A stretch of DNA of 64,000 bases from Bacteroidota bacterium. Lineage in GTDB: Bacteria > Bacteroidota > Bacteroidia > NS11-12g > UBA955. The stretch's first letter is position 1. Each line of letters starts with the position of its first letter. Below are positions 19,071 to 26,464 of the stretch, piece after piece. The notes under the pieces are model-generated. The model was not told where the DNA came from. It searched no databases and was given only the letters and a program-made list of their open reading frames with translations. The DNA is taken from positions 1,377 to 65,376 of the forward strand of contig JAIXYV010000063.1 in NCBI GenBank assembly GCA_027490055.1, read 5' to 3'. The translations under genes and the position numbers were made by a program.

Positions 19071-20449
19071 GTATTAAGTTTAAATTTTCGATAGTTGCCA
19101 TTAGTCTCAGTCTGCTCGTATTAAATGCCTGCAGAAAATATGATCCTGCCTATGTCAGTGAGACTGAAGAATGGTTCTCTGGCGGAGCGCAAACCTTCTT
19201 TGACGAGACCATCACAGGATTTGATCATATCTTTAATGGATTAAGTCCCGCCGAGGAATTAGCTCACGAGATAGGGGATAAAGCGTTTGATCAAACTTTT
19301 GTTACGGCGCCAGCTCCGCTAAACTCGGGACTTGGACCAATTTACAACAACGTCTCTTGTGTCAGTTGTCACGTTAACGACGGTCGCGGAAAGCCCCCCG
19401 TTAACGGTGAAGCTTTATCCAGCATGTTATTCCGTTTAAGTATTCCCGGAGTGAATCCTCATGGTGGTCCGAACCCAGTGCCGGGCTTTGGTGGACAGTT
19501 GCAACCACGCGCTATTGCTGGCAAATCAGGCGAAGCCGATGTCGTAATTTCTTATTCGACAATTAACGGTACTTATGGTGATGGTACACCTTATGTCTTG
19601 AGACAGCCAGTTTATACACTTTCGAACCCTTACACCAGTTTGCCTTCTGATGTGATGTTGTCTCCAAGAGTAGCGCCTCCTGTTTTCGGACTGGGATTAT
19701 TAGAAGCAATATCAGAATACGATATCATCAAATATGCCGACCCATCAGATGCTGATGGTGATGGCATCAGTGGAAAAGCCAATCGTGTCTGGGATGTGAT
19801 GAGTCGGTCGTTTAAACTAGGCAGATTTGGCTGGAAAGCCGGACAGCCCTCACTCATTCAACAATCGGCAGGCGCGTATAACGAGGACATGGGCGTTACC
19901 AATTTTATTTTTCCGATGGAAAGTTCATTTGATCAGCCTCAGTATGATCAACTTAATGACGATGTTGAACTAAGTGATTCGTTACTTCATGCCGTGGCGT
20001 TTTACATGCAAACCCTGGGCGTGCCCGCCCGAAGAGATGTTGATGTTCCTGAAGTTAAAGAAGGCAAGCGATTGTTCAATCAGATTCAGTGCGCATCTTG
20101 TCATATAGCCAGGCATGTAACAGCAAGCGATATGGCATTTCCATCCAGAAGCAATCAGAAGATATTCCCATATACCGATTTGTTGTTACATGATATGGGT
20201 CCGGGACTTGCAGATAACCGCCCTGAAGCAGATGCCAACGGCTACGAATGGCGCACACCAGCATTATGGGGGATTGGTTTAACGAGAAAAATTAACGGTC
20301 ACGAATACTTTCTGCACGACGGCAGAGCCCGCAACATGACCGAAGCCATTTTATGGCACGGTGGCGAAGCCGAGAGCAGTAAAGAAAAATTCAGAAACTT
20401 AAGTGCTTCAGAGCGACAAGCGGTACTGAAGTTTTTAGAATCACTTTGA
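19067..20449 (+). CDS. di-haem c-type oxidoreductase (DUF1111 / putative peroxidase family) lipoprotein
   Basis: 460 aa with lipoprotein signal LVLNAC and two CxxCH sites (CVSCH, CASCH). It has an ATGA overlap with the imelysin gene. Confidence 0.8.
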   Translation: MSIKFKFSIVAISLSLLVLNACRKYDPAYVSETEEWFSGGAQTFFDETITGFDHIFNGLSPAEELAHEIGDKAFDQTFVTAPAPLNSGLGPIYNNVSCVSCHVNDGRGKPPVNGEALSSMLFRLSIPGVNPHGGPNPVPGFGGQLQPRAIAGKSGEADVVISYSTINGTYGDGTPYVLRQPVYTLSNPYTSLPSDVMLSPRVAPPVFGLGLLEAISEYDIIKYADPSDADGDGISGKANRVWDVMSRSFKLGRFGWKAGQPSLIQQSAGAYNEDMGVTNFIFPMESSFDQPQYDQLNDDVELSDSLLHAVAFYMQTLGVPARRDVDVPEVKEGKRLFNQIQCASCHIARHVTASDMAFPSRSNQKIFPYTDLLLHDMGPGLADNRPEADANGYEWRTPALWGIGLTRKINGHEYFLHDGRARNMTEAILWHGGEAESSKEKFRNLSASERQAVLKFLESL

Positions 20450-21079
20450 GGCCTGATAGGTCTGTTCCAGGGTGCGAGTAAACACCTCTAAAGGCTGAGC
20501 ACCAGAGATGCCATACTTGTTGTCAAAAACAAAGAAAGGTACGCCTCTTACGCCAATTTGAACCCCTTCGTAGATATCGCGTTGCACCGCTTCGGCATAG
20601 TCCAAATTGTTAAGAGCAGCTTTAGCGGTGGCTTCATCAATACCACATTCAGTAGCGATTTGAGATAATTCCTCCTGGTTTGCCAGATTGCGACCATCCA
20701 CAAAATAGGCTTTGAAAAGCGCTTCTTCCATGGCATCGCCTTTTCCAAGCGATTTAGCATGTTGAATTAAACGATGCGCTTCAGAAGTATTCGCCACAAC
20801 GGCTTTATCCATGTTGTAATGAAGGCCAACTTCTTCGGCCATTTCCACCACTTGTTGATTCACTTGCATGGTATATTCCATGGTCCACCCTTTGGCCTCG
20901 GAAAGGTACTCGTAGAGCAACTGACCGGTATTTGATTTTTGCTCAGGATTCAGCAGATATGATTTCCATTCAATTTCTACTTCACTTTTATGTTCAAATT
21001 GCGACAAGGCTTCTTCTAATCGTCTTTTGCCGATATAGCAGAACGGGCAAGCCACGTCGCTCCATATTTCGATTTTCAT
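20441..21079 (-). CDS. DsbA-family oxidoreductase (FrnE-like)
   Basis: 212 aa. N-terminal active site SDVACPFCYIGK, then the C-terminal GVRGVPFFVF. Confidence 0.8.
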   Translation of the reverse strand: MKIEIWSDVACPFCYIGKRRLEEALSQFEHKSEVEIEWKSYLLNPEQKSNTGQLLYEYLSEAKGWTMEYTMQVNQQVVEMAEEVGLHYNMDKAVVANTSEAHRLIQHAKSLGKGDAMEEALFKAYFVDGRNLANQEELSQIATECGIDEATAKAALNNLDYAEAVQRDIYEGVQIGVRGVPFFVFDNKYGISGAQPLEVFTRTLEQTYQASK

Positions 21080-21084
21080 AGGGG

Positions 21085-21092
21085 CAAAGATA
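21085..21092 (-). promoter_or_regulatory. -7 box TATCTTTG 5 nt upstream of the ATG at 21079
   Basis: The reverse complement of caaagata matches TAnnTTTG, followed by cccct and then ATG. Confidence 0.35.
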
Positions 21093-21093
21093 C

Positions 21094-21135
21094 GGGAAAG
21101 GGAATAGGAAATAGGGGATAGGAAATAGGAAATAG
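21094..21135. repeat. six tandem purine-rich heptamers (gggaaag ggaatag gaaatag gggatag gaaatag gaaatag)
   Basis: Read directly from the sequence. The 7-nt period is not a multiple of 3 and the tract is intergenic. Confidence 0.85.
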
Positions 21136-21150
21136 GGTGACGCGGCGCTC

Positions 21151-21219
21151 CTCATTGCCCGGCACCGCTGGCACCGGCCTGCCCCGTATTGTGCGACGCA
21201 GGAGCTCTGATACGGGGCC
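21151..21219 (+). repeat. GC-rich dispersed element, copy A (contains a 9-bp-stem hairpin)
   Basis: Hand alignment to the reverse complement of 28088-28153. Shared blocks are ctcattg, ggcaccgctg and gtgcgacgcaggag. The stem is gccccgtat/atacggggc (21181-21189 and 21210-21218). Confidence 0.6.
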
Positions 21220-21332
21220 TACGCGAAATCCTTGTTCATACATTTATGATTTGAGAGTGCCGCTGGCACAACCAAGATTATTCTCTTGCGCAAGCCCCCC
21301 AAATCCCCCTTGAACATTCGCCGAAAATCAAC

Positions 21333-21340
21333 TACCTTTG
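21333..21340 (+). promoter_or_regulatory. -7 box TACCTTTG for the ABC-F gene
   Basis: Exact TAnnTTTG match, 9 nt upstream of the ATG at 21350. The ORF-track TTG start at 21338 is part of this box. Confidence 0.45.
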
Positions 21341-21349
21341 CACGTTTAC

Positions 21350-23248
21350 ATGTTAACTTTAAATGAACTCTCATTCGACTTTGGTGGTCGTGATTTATAC
21401 AGAGATGTTAACTGGCAAATAAAGCCAGGAGAACGCATCGGTTTAGTGGGTCAGAACGGGACCGGAAAATCTACCTTACTCAGAATCATCACAGGCGAAT
21501 ATCAGCCCAGCGAAGGCTCGCTCTCTAAGTCGAAAGACTGTACCATCGGTTTCCTGAATCAGGATCTGCTCAGTTACGAAAGCGAAGAAAGTATTTACCA
21601 CGTCGCTCTGCAAGCTTTTGATAAAGCCCTTAAACTTCAAACAGAAATTGATGATATTATCTCTAAAATGGAATTCGACCATTCTGATGAAATCCTCAAT
21701 CTGCTTGGCGAAAAGCAAGAACAGTTCGAAGCCTTAGATGGTTACAATATCCAATTCAAAACAGAAGAAATTCTGGAAGGTTTGGGTTTTAGTACCACCG
21801 ACCTGCAACGTCCGCTTTGCGAATTCTCCGGAGGATGGCGCATGCGTGTGATGCTGGCAAAATTGCTTCTGCAAAATCCGCGTTTGCTATTGCTCGATGA
21901 GCCTACCAACCACTTAGACTTACCAAGTATCGAATGGATAGAAGACTATCTGCAATCGTATGCCGGAACTGTTATCATCGTATCGCACGATAGATACTTC
22001 CTCGATAAAATGGTGACTAAAATTGTAGAAGTGGCCAACCGCAAGGTCTACCAATGGGCTGGTAACTACAGCAAATTTCTGGATCTTAAAGTGGAACGCG
22101 ACGAGCTTCAACAGCGCGCCTTCGACAATCAGCAACAATTCATCAAACAACAAGAGCGTCTCATCGACCGTTTTAAAGCGAAAGCCAGTAAAGCGACGAT
22201 GGCGCAGAGCAGAATGAAAATGCTCGATAAACTCGATCGTATCGAAGAAGTTCAAAACGACGAGTCGGTGATGAACCTGCGTTTTAAAGTTAAAACACAG
22301 CCTGGTAAAGTGCTTATTACCCTCAAAGATGTTGGTAAACACTACGGCGATCAGGTGATCTTCGAACATGCCAATGCTCAGATCATGCGTGGCGATAAGA
22401 TTGCTCTGATTGGAGCCAACGGTAAAGGTAAATCTACTTTGCTTAGAATCATCGACCAAAGTGAATCTTGCTCGGGAGTGGTGGAATACGGATACAATGT
22501 CGAAAAAACCTTCTATGCTCAGCACCAGCTTGAGTCGTTGAATGTTAACAATGAAATTCTGGAAGAGCTATCACAAATGGGCTCTACCAAACTAGAGAAC
22601 GAACTGCGTTCAATTCTGGGTTGTTTCTTGTTTAGCGGCGACGATGTGTTCAAGAAAATTAAAGTACTAAGTGGGGGAGAGAAAGCGCGTGTTGCTTTGG
22701 CGAAAGCCCTGGTCAATGAAGCCAATTTCCTGTTGCTCGACGAGCCTACCAATCACCTGGATATTCAGAGTATGAACATCCTGATTCAGGCACTTCAGCA
22801 ATTTGAAGGTACCTTCATTACCGTATCACACGATCGTTATTTTATCTCGCAAATCGCCAATAAAATCTGGTGGATCGAGAACGACGAAATCAAAGAATAC
22901 CTCGGTACATACGACGAGTGGAAGTACTTTATGGCTCAGCGCGAAAAGAACGCCGCGCCTGCTCCAGTTGTCAAATTAGTAAAGCCAGTTGAGAAAGCAC
23001 CAGAGGCTGCACCAGTGAATTCTGGCAACGATAAACTCAGAAAACAACTTCAGAAACAAGCCGACGAATTAGAGCAACAATTGGAAACCTTAAAAGCCGA
23101 AAAGCTAAAGGTGGAAAACTTGATTGCCGATCCCGCCAACAACCATCAGATTGGCACACTTTCTGAACAGTATCAACAACTCGAACAGTCAGTTTCCAGT
23201 AAAAATAAAGAGTTCGAGGCAATATTTGAACAATTGTTAAGTTTATAA
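21350..23248 (+). CDS. ABC-F family ATPase (two ABC domains, no TM domain; Uup/YbiT-like)
   Basis: Two Walker A motifs (GQNGTGKST, GANGKGKST), two signature/Walker B sets (SGGWRMR...LLLDEPTNHLD, SGGEKARV...LLLDEPTNHLD) and a charged C-terminal coiled tail. I trimmed the start to the ATG at 21350. Confidence 0.9.
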   Translation: MLTLNELSFDFGGRDLYRDVNWQIKPGERIGLVGQNGTGKSTLLRIITGEYQPSEGSLSKSKDCTIGFLNQDLLSYESEESIYHVALQAFDKALKLQTEIDDIISKMEFDHSDEILNLLGEKQEQFEALDGYNIQFKTEEILEGLGFSTTDLQRPLCEFSGGWRMRVMLAKLLLQNPRLLLLDEPTNHLDLPSIEWIEDYLQSYAGTVIIVSHDRYFLDKMVTKIVEVANRKVYQWAGNYSKFLDLKVERDELQQRAFDNQQQFIKQQERLIDRFKAKASKATMAQSRMKMLDKLDRIEEVQNDESVMNLRFKVKTQPGKVLITLKDVGKHYGDQVIFEHANAQIMRGDKIALIGANGKGKSTLLRIIDQSESCSGVVEYGYNVEKTFYAQHQLESLNVNNEILEELSQMGSTKLENELRSILGCFLFSGDDVFKKIKVLSGGEKARVALAKALVNEANFLLLDEPTNHLDIQSMNILIQALQQFEGTFITVSHDRYFISQIANKIWWIENDEIKEYLGTYDEWKYFMAQREKNAAPAPVVKLVKPVEKAPEAAPVNSGNDKLRKQLQKQADELEQQLETLKAEKLKVENLIADPANNHQIGTLSEQYQQLEQSVSSKNKEFEAIFEQLLSL

Positions 23249-23258
23249 CCCCGAAAGA

Positions 23259-24557
23259 ATGAAATATTTTAAGAACAAAGCCGGTCAATTCAGTCAGCAA
23301 TTTATCATGACTGCTCTGGCCTGTTTCTTAAGTCATGGCGCCTTGGCCGCTTACCTGCCAATTCAATACGCCAATGTCTCTTACGAAAGCAGCATTAAAA
23401 CCGTGCTATTGTCTCAAAAAGGCAGTTTCGAGCGCTTTCCGGCCATCGATTTGGGCAGCGAACAACAGCTTTCCCTGCAGTTCGACGAGCTGATGCCAGA
23501 GAACGATAATTACCAATACACCATCATTCACTGCAGCTCCGACTGGCAACTATCTAACCTTAAACCCAACGAATACATCAAAGGGAATATGTTTGAGAAT
23601 ATCAATGAATATTCCTTTTCTACAACCACCTTCCAGGTGTATACCCATTACCAGGTCGATTTTCCTTCAGCAGATTTAAAACCAAAATTGTCGGGTAACT
23701 ACATCATTAAAGTTTACCGCAATTTCGATGAGAATGATATCATTCTTACTCGTCGTTTCATGGTGGTCGACGATAAATTCATCATCACACCAAGTGCTAA
23801 AATCGCTACCAATCCGAATGAAAGATTTAGCTCTCAGGAACTGGATTTTACCGTCAATATCGGCGATAACTCAGTGCCAAATCCTCTAATCGATGTAAAA
23901 GCTACCCTCATGCAGAACCTAAGATGGGACAATGCGATCTTCGATTTAAAACCGCGTTTCATCAATGGTAAAATCCTCGATTACAACTACGAAAATGGCA
24001 ATGTCTTTTTAGGAGGAAATGAATTCCGTTATTTTGATATCCGCAATCTTCGTTTCCTGAGTTTCAATGTGCGCACCAAATACATGGAAGGCAATCTGAA
24101 GCATGCTGTGCTCTACAGAGATGCCACAAGAGTCAGTCAGACTTACCTCCAGACCATCGACTTTAACGGTAAAATGGTGGTTGATAATAGAGACAACGCC
24201 GTTAAAGGCGAAATAGAAAGTGATTATGCAGCGGTGCATTTCAGTTATGTCAGCGATAAATTAGAAAAAGATGTTTACGTCTTTGGTGAGTTAAGCGACT
24301 GGCAAATGAAAGACGAGTTTAAAATGGAATGGAACGAAAAAAGTCAGGAGTACGAGAAGACCATTATGCTGAAACAAGCCTACTACAACTACTTCTTCGT
24401 GACTGCCGATACTAAAAATGCGGCCGACCTTAAACTCACAGAAGGCAATCACAGCAATACTGAAAACGATTACCATGTGATGGTGTACAATAAAAATCAG
24501 TTCATGCAATACGACGAACTGCTGGGTACCATTCACTGTAATTCAACTAAAAAATAA
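23259..24557 (+). CDS. DUF5103-like protein (family annotated as T9SS plug protein)
   Basis: 432 aa with a signal peptide. From memory it resembles DUF5103 members (IKTV.L...LSLQFDEL....YQYTIIHCSSDW, SGNYIIKVY). The family call needs an HMM check. Confidence 0.5.
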   Translation: MKYFKNKAGQFSQQFIMTALACFLSHGALAAYLPIQYANVSYESSIKTVLLSQKGSFERFPAIDLGSEQQLSLQFDELMPENDNYQYTIIHCSSDWQLSNLKPNEYIKGNMFENINEYSFSTTTFQVYTHYQVDFPSADLKPKLSGNYIIKVYRNFDENDIILTRRFMVVDDKFIITPSAKIATNPNERFSSQELDFTVNIGDNSVPNPLIDVKATLMQNLRWDNAIFDLKPRFINGKILDYNYENGNVFLGGNEFRYFDIRNLRFLSFNVRTKYMEGNLKHAVLYRDATRVSQTYLQTIDFNGKMVVDNRDNAVKGEIESDYAAVHFSYVSDKLEKDVYVFGELSDWQMKDEFKMEWNEKSQEYEKTIMLKQAYYNYFFVTADTKNAADLKLTEGNHSNTENDYHVMVYNKNQFMQYDELLGTIHCNSTKK

Positions 24558-24559
24558 AC

Positions 24560-26119
24560 ATGAGCACCGACAAAATTAAAATACTATGGGCCGATGACGA
24601 GATAGATATGCTGAAACCGCATATTCTCTTCCTCGAGCAAAAAGGATACGAAATGATAACGGTTAACAATGGCAACAGCGCCATTGCAAAAACCATCAGC
24701 GAGAAACCTGATCTGGTATTCCTCGACGAGAATATGCCAGGTATCAGCGGTCTCGAAACACTTAAACAAATCAAAGCCATAGAGCCAGACGTGAAAGTGG
24801 TGATGATTACCAAGAGCGAAGAGGAGTATATCATGGATGATGCCATTGGCTCGCAGATCTCCGACTACCTCATCAAGCCAGTTAATCCGAATCAGATCCT
24901 GCACTCTATTAAAAAACTGATGGATAAGAGCAGACTGGTGACCGAAAAAACCAATCAGAATTACCAAATCGATTTCAGAAACATCAGCAATATGTTGATG
25001 GATAATCTCAGTCTCGACGAGTGGAAGGATGTCTACAACAAGCTTATCTATTGGGAGCTGGAGCTGGGTAAAAGTACCGACAAGAGCATGAATGAGGTTT
25101 ACGAAAACCAGAAACGCGAAGCTAATCACGGCTTCAGCAAGTTCATCGCTAAAAACTATATTAACTATTTGCAGCCAACCGGCGATAACGGGCCGGTAAT
25201 GAGTCATAACCTCTTCAGAAGGAAAGTAAAACATCTGATCAACGAGCAGGTGCCAACCTTCTTTGTGTTGATAGATAACCTGCGACTGGATCAATGGCGC
25301 ACCATTGCCCCCATTATCAAAGAGAAGTTTAAAATCGAAGAAGAAGACCAGTACCTCACCATTTTACCAACCACCACCCAGTATTGCAGAAATGCCATCT
25401 TCAGTGGTTTATTGCCCAGCGAGATAGAGAAACGTTTTCCGGATAAATGGAGCAACGACGAAGATGAAGGCGGAAAGAACAATTTCGAAGAAGACTTCTT
25501 CAAAGATATGCTTGGCAGATTGCGCGTGACTGGCAAGAACAGTTATATTAAAGTTACTAACCTCGACGGCGGAAAATCTATGGTAGATAAGATTCCTAAT
25601 CTGTTTCAGAACGCCATTAATGTGATTGTTTACAATTTCGTAGATGCCTTCTCGCATGCAAGAACCGATGTAAGTATTATCAGAGAGCTGGCAGAAGACG
25701 AAGCGGCATACAGATCGGTGACAGAAAGCTGGTTTAAGCACTCACCATTGTGGGAAGCCCTGCAGCTGATGTCAGAAAAGAAGTGTAAAGTTGTCATAAC
25801 AACCGACCACGGAAGCGTTCGCGTTAACAAGCCAGTAAAAATAGTAGGGGATAAGAATACCAATTCGAACCTGAGGTACAAGCAAGGCAAGAATTTAAGT
25901 TACGAAGCTAAAGAAGTCTTTGAGATTAAGAAGCCAGAACTGGCCTTTTTACCGAAAGTGAACGTTAGTCAGACCTACGTTGTTTGCAAAGAAGACGATT
26001 TCTTTGCCTATCCGAACAACTATAATTACTATGTAAACTACTACACCAACACCTTTCAGCACGGTGGAATATCGCTGGAAGAGATGATGGTTCCTTTTAT
26101 TGTGATGGAATCGCGATAA
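24560..26119 (+). CDS. porX: PorX-type response regulator (receiver + PglZ/alkaline-phosphatase-superfamily domain)
   Basis: 519 aa. The receiver region ILWADDEIDMLKPHILFLEQKGY...FLDENMPGISGLE...MITKSEEE...DYLIKPVNPNQIL closely matches PorX as I remember it. The C-terminal part looks PglZ-like (TTDHGS). Confidence 0.85.
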   Translation: MSTDKIKILWADDEIDMLKPHILFLEQKGYEMITVNNGNSAIAKTISEKPDLVFLDENMPGISGLETLKQIKAIEPDVKVVMITKSEEEYIMDDAIGSQISDYLIKPVNPNQILHSIKKLMDKSRLVTEKTNQNYQIDFRNISNMLMDNLSLDEWKDVYNKLIYWELELGKSTDKSMNEVYENQKREANHGFSKFIAKNYINYLQPTGDNGPVMSHNLFRRKVKHLINEQVPTFFVLIDNLRLDQWRTIAPIIKEKFKIEEEDQYLTILPTTTQYCRNAIFSGLLPSEIEKRFPDKWSNDEDEGGKNNFEEDFFKDMLGRLRVTGKNSYIKVTNLDGGKSMVDKIPNLFQNAINVIVYNFVDAFSHARTDVSIIRELAEDEAAYRSVTESWFKHSPLWEALQLMSEKKCKVVITTDHGSVRVNKPVKIVGDKNTNSNLRYKQGKNLSYEAKEVFEIKKPELAFLPKVNVSQTYVVCKEDDFFAYPNNYNYYVNYYTNTFQHGGISLEEMMVPFIVMESR

Positions 26120-26134
26120 AAAAAGTAAAAATAG

Positions 26135-26165
26135 TTTGATTGTTAATTTAAAAATCCTATATTTG
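26135..26165 (+). promoter_or_regulatory. -33 TTTG / -7 TATATTTG promoter for the small basic-protein gene
   Basis: TTTG at 26135-26138 and TATATTTG at 26158-26165, separated by 19 nt (the consensus spacing is about 19-21). It lies 22 nt upstream of the ATG at 26188. Confidence 0.5.
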
Positions 26166-26187
26166 CACCCTTAAAAATTGAAAAATC

Positions 26188-26337
26188 ATGGCTGTTACCA
26201 GACTTAAAAGAAAAGACAGAAGAAATAAAGAGTTTACCCGTATCAGAAAAACTAATCTGAAAAACGTAAGCAAAATGGTGTATATCCAATCTCCACACAG
26301 AGAAGTTTCAGGTATCGTCTTAGAAGATCAGGCGTAA
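26188..26337 (+). CDS. small basic protein, 49 aa (below the ORF-track cutoff)
   Basis: My own translation gives MAVTRLKRKDRRNKEFTRIRKTNLKNVSKMVYIQSPHREVSGIVLEDQA. It is bracketed by a consensus promoter and a hairpin+T7 terminator. 13 of 49 residues are K or R. Confidence 0.5.
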   Translation: MAVTRLKRKDRRNKEFTRIRKTNLKNVSKMVYIQSPHREVSGIVLEDQA

Positions 26338-26361
26338 TACGCTTATTAAAAATACTTTTAG

Positions 26362-26392
26362 AAACCCGTCCCCAAAAAGGTCGGGTTTTTTT
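26362..26392 (+). terminator. rho-independent terminator after the small gene
   Basis: Stem aaacccg(t)cc / gg(t)cgggttt with one mismatch, followed by a T-run at 26386-26392. Confidence 0.6.
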
Positions 26393-26426
26393 GTTGTCTC
26401 AACTTTAAAATCCAAACTTTAAATTT

Positions 26427-26434
26427 TACATTTG
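26427..26434 (+). promoter_or_regulatory. -7 box TACATTTG for icd
   Basis: Exact TAnnTTTG match. The ORF-track TTG start at 26432 lies inside this box. Confidence 0.45.
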
Positions 26435-26464
26435 CAACAAAATAACTTTTATAACAAGAATACC

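Noticed and set aside
21181-21218. A group II intron remnant. The stem CCGUAU.../...AUACGG resembles the base of domain V, and the loop contains GUGCG, the intron 5' consensus.
   Set aside because: The 20-nt loop does not form the distal domain V helix or a GNRA tetraloop. The AGC triad and the bulge are missing. No reverse-transcriptase/maturase ORF or other intron domains are nearby. The resemblance is probably superficial.
21081-21337. The GC-rich intergenic islands (also 27900-28160 and 36060-36200) as known housekeeping RNAs: tmRNA, RNase P RNA, SRP RNA or 6S.
   Set aside because: I found none of the diagnostic cores. There is no GAGGAAAGTCC-type RNase P CR-I, no tRNA-like GGTTCGA T-arm for tmRNA and no AGGTCCGGAAGGAAGCAGCC-like SRP helix 8. 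A covariance-model scan is still advisable.
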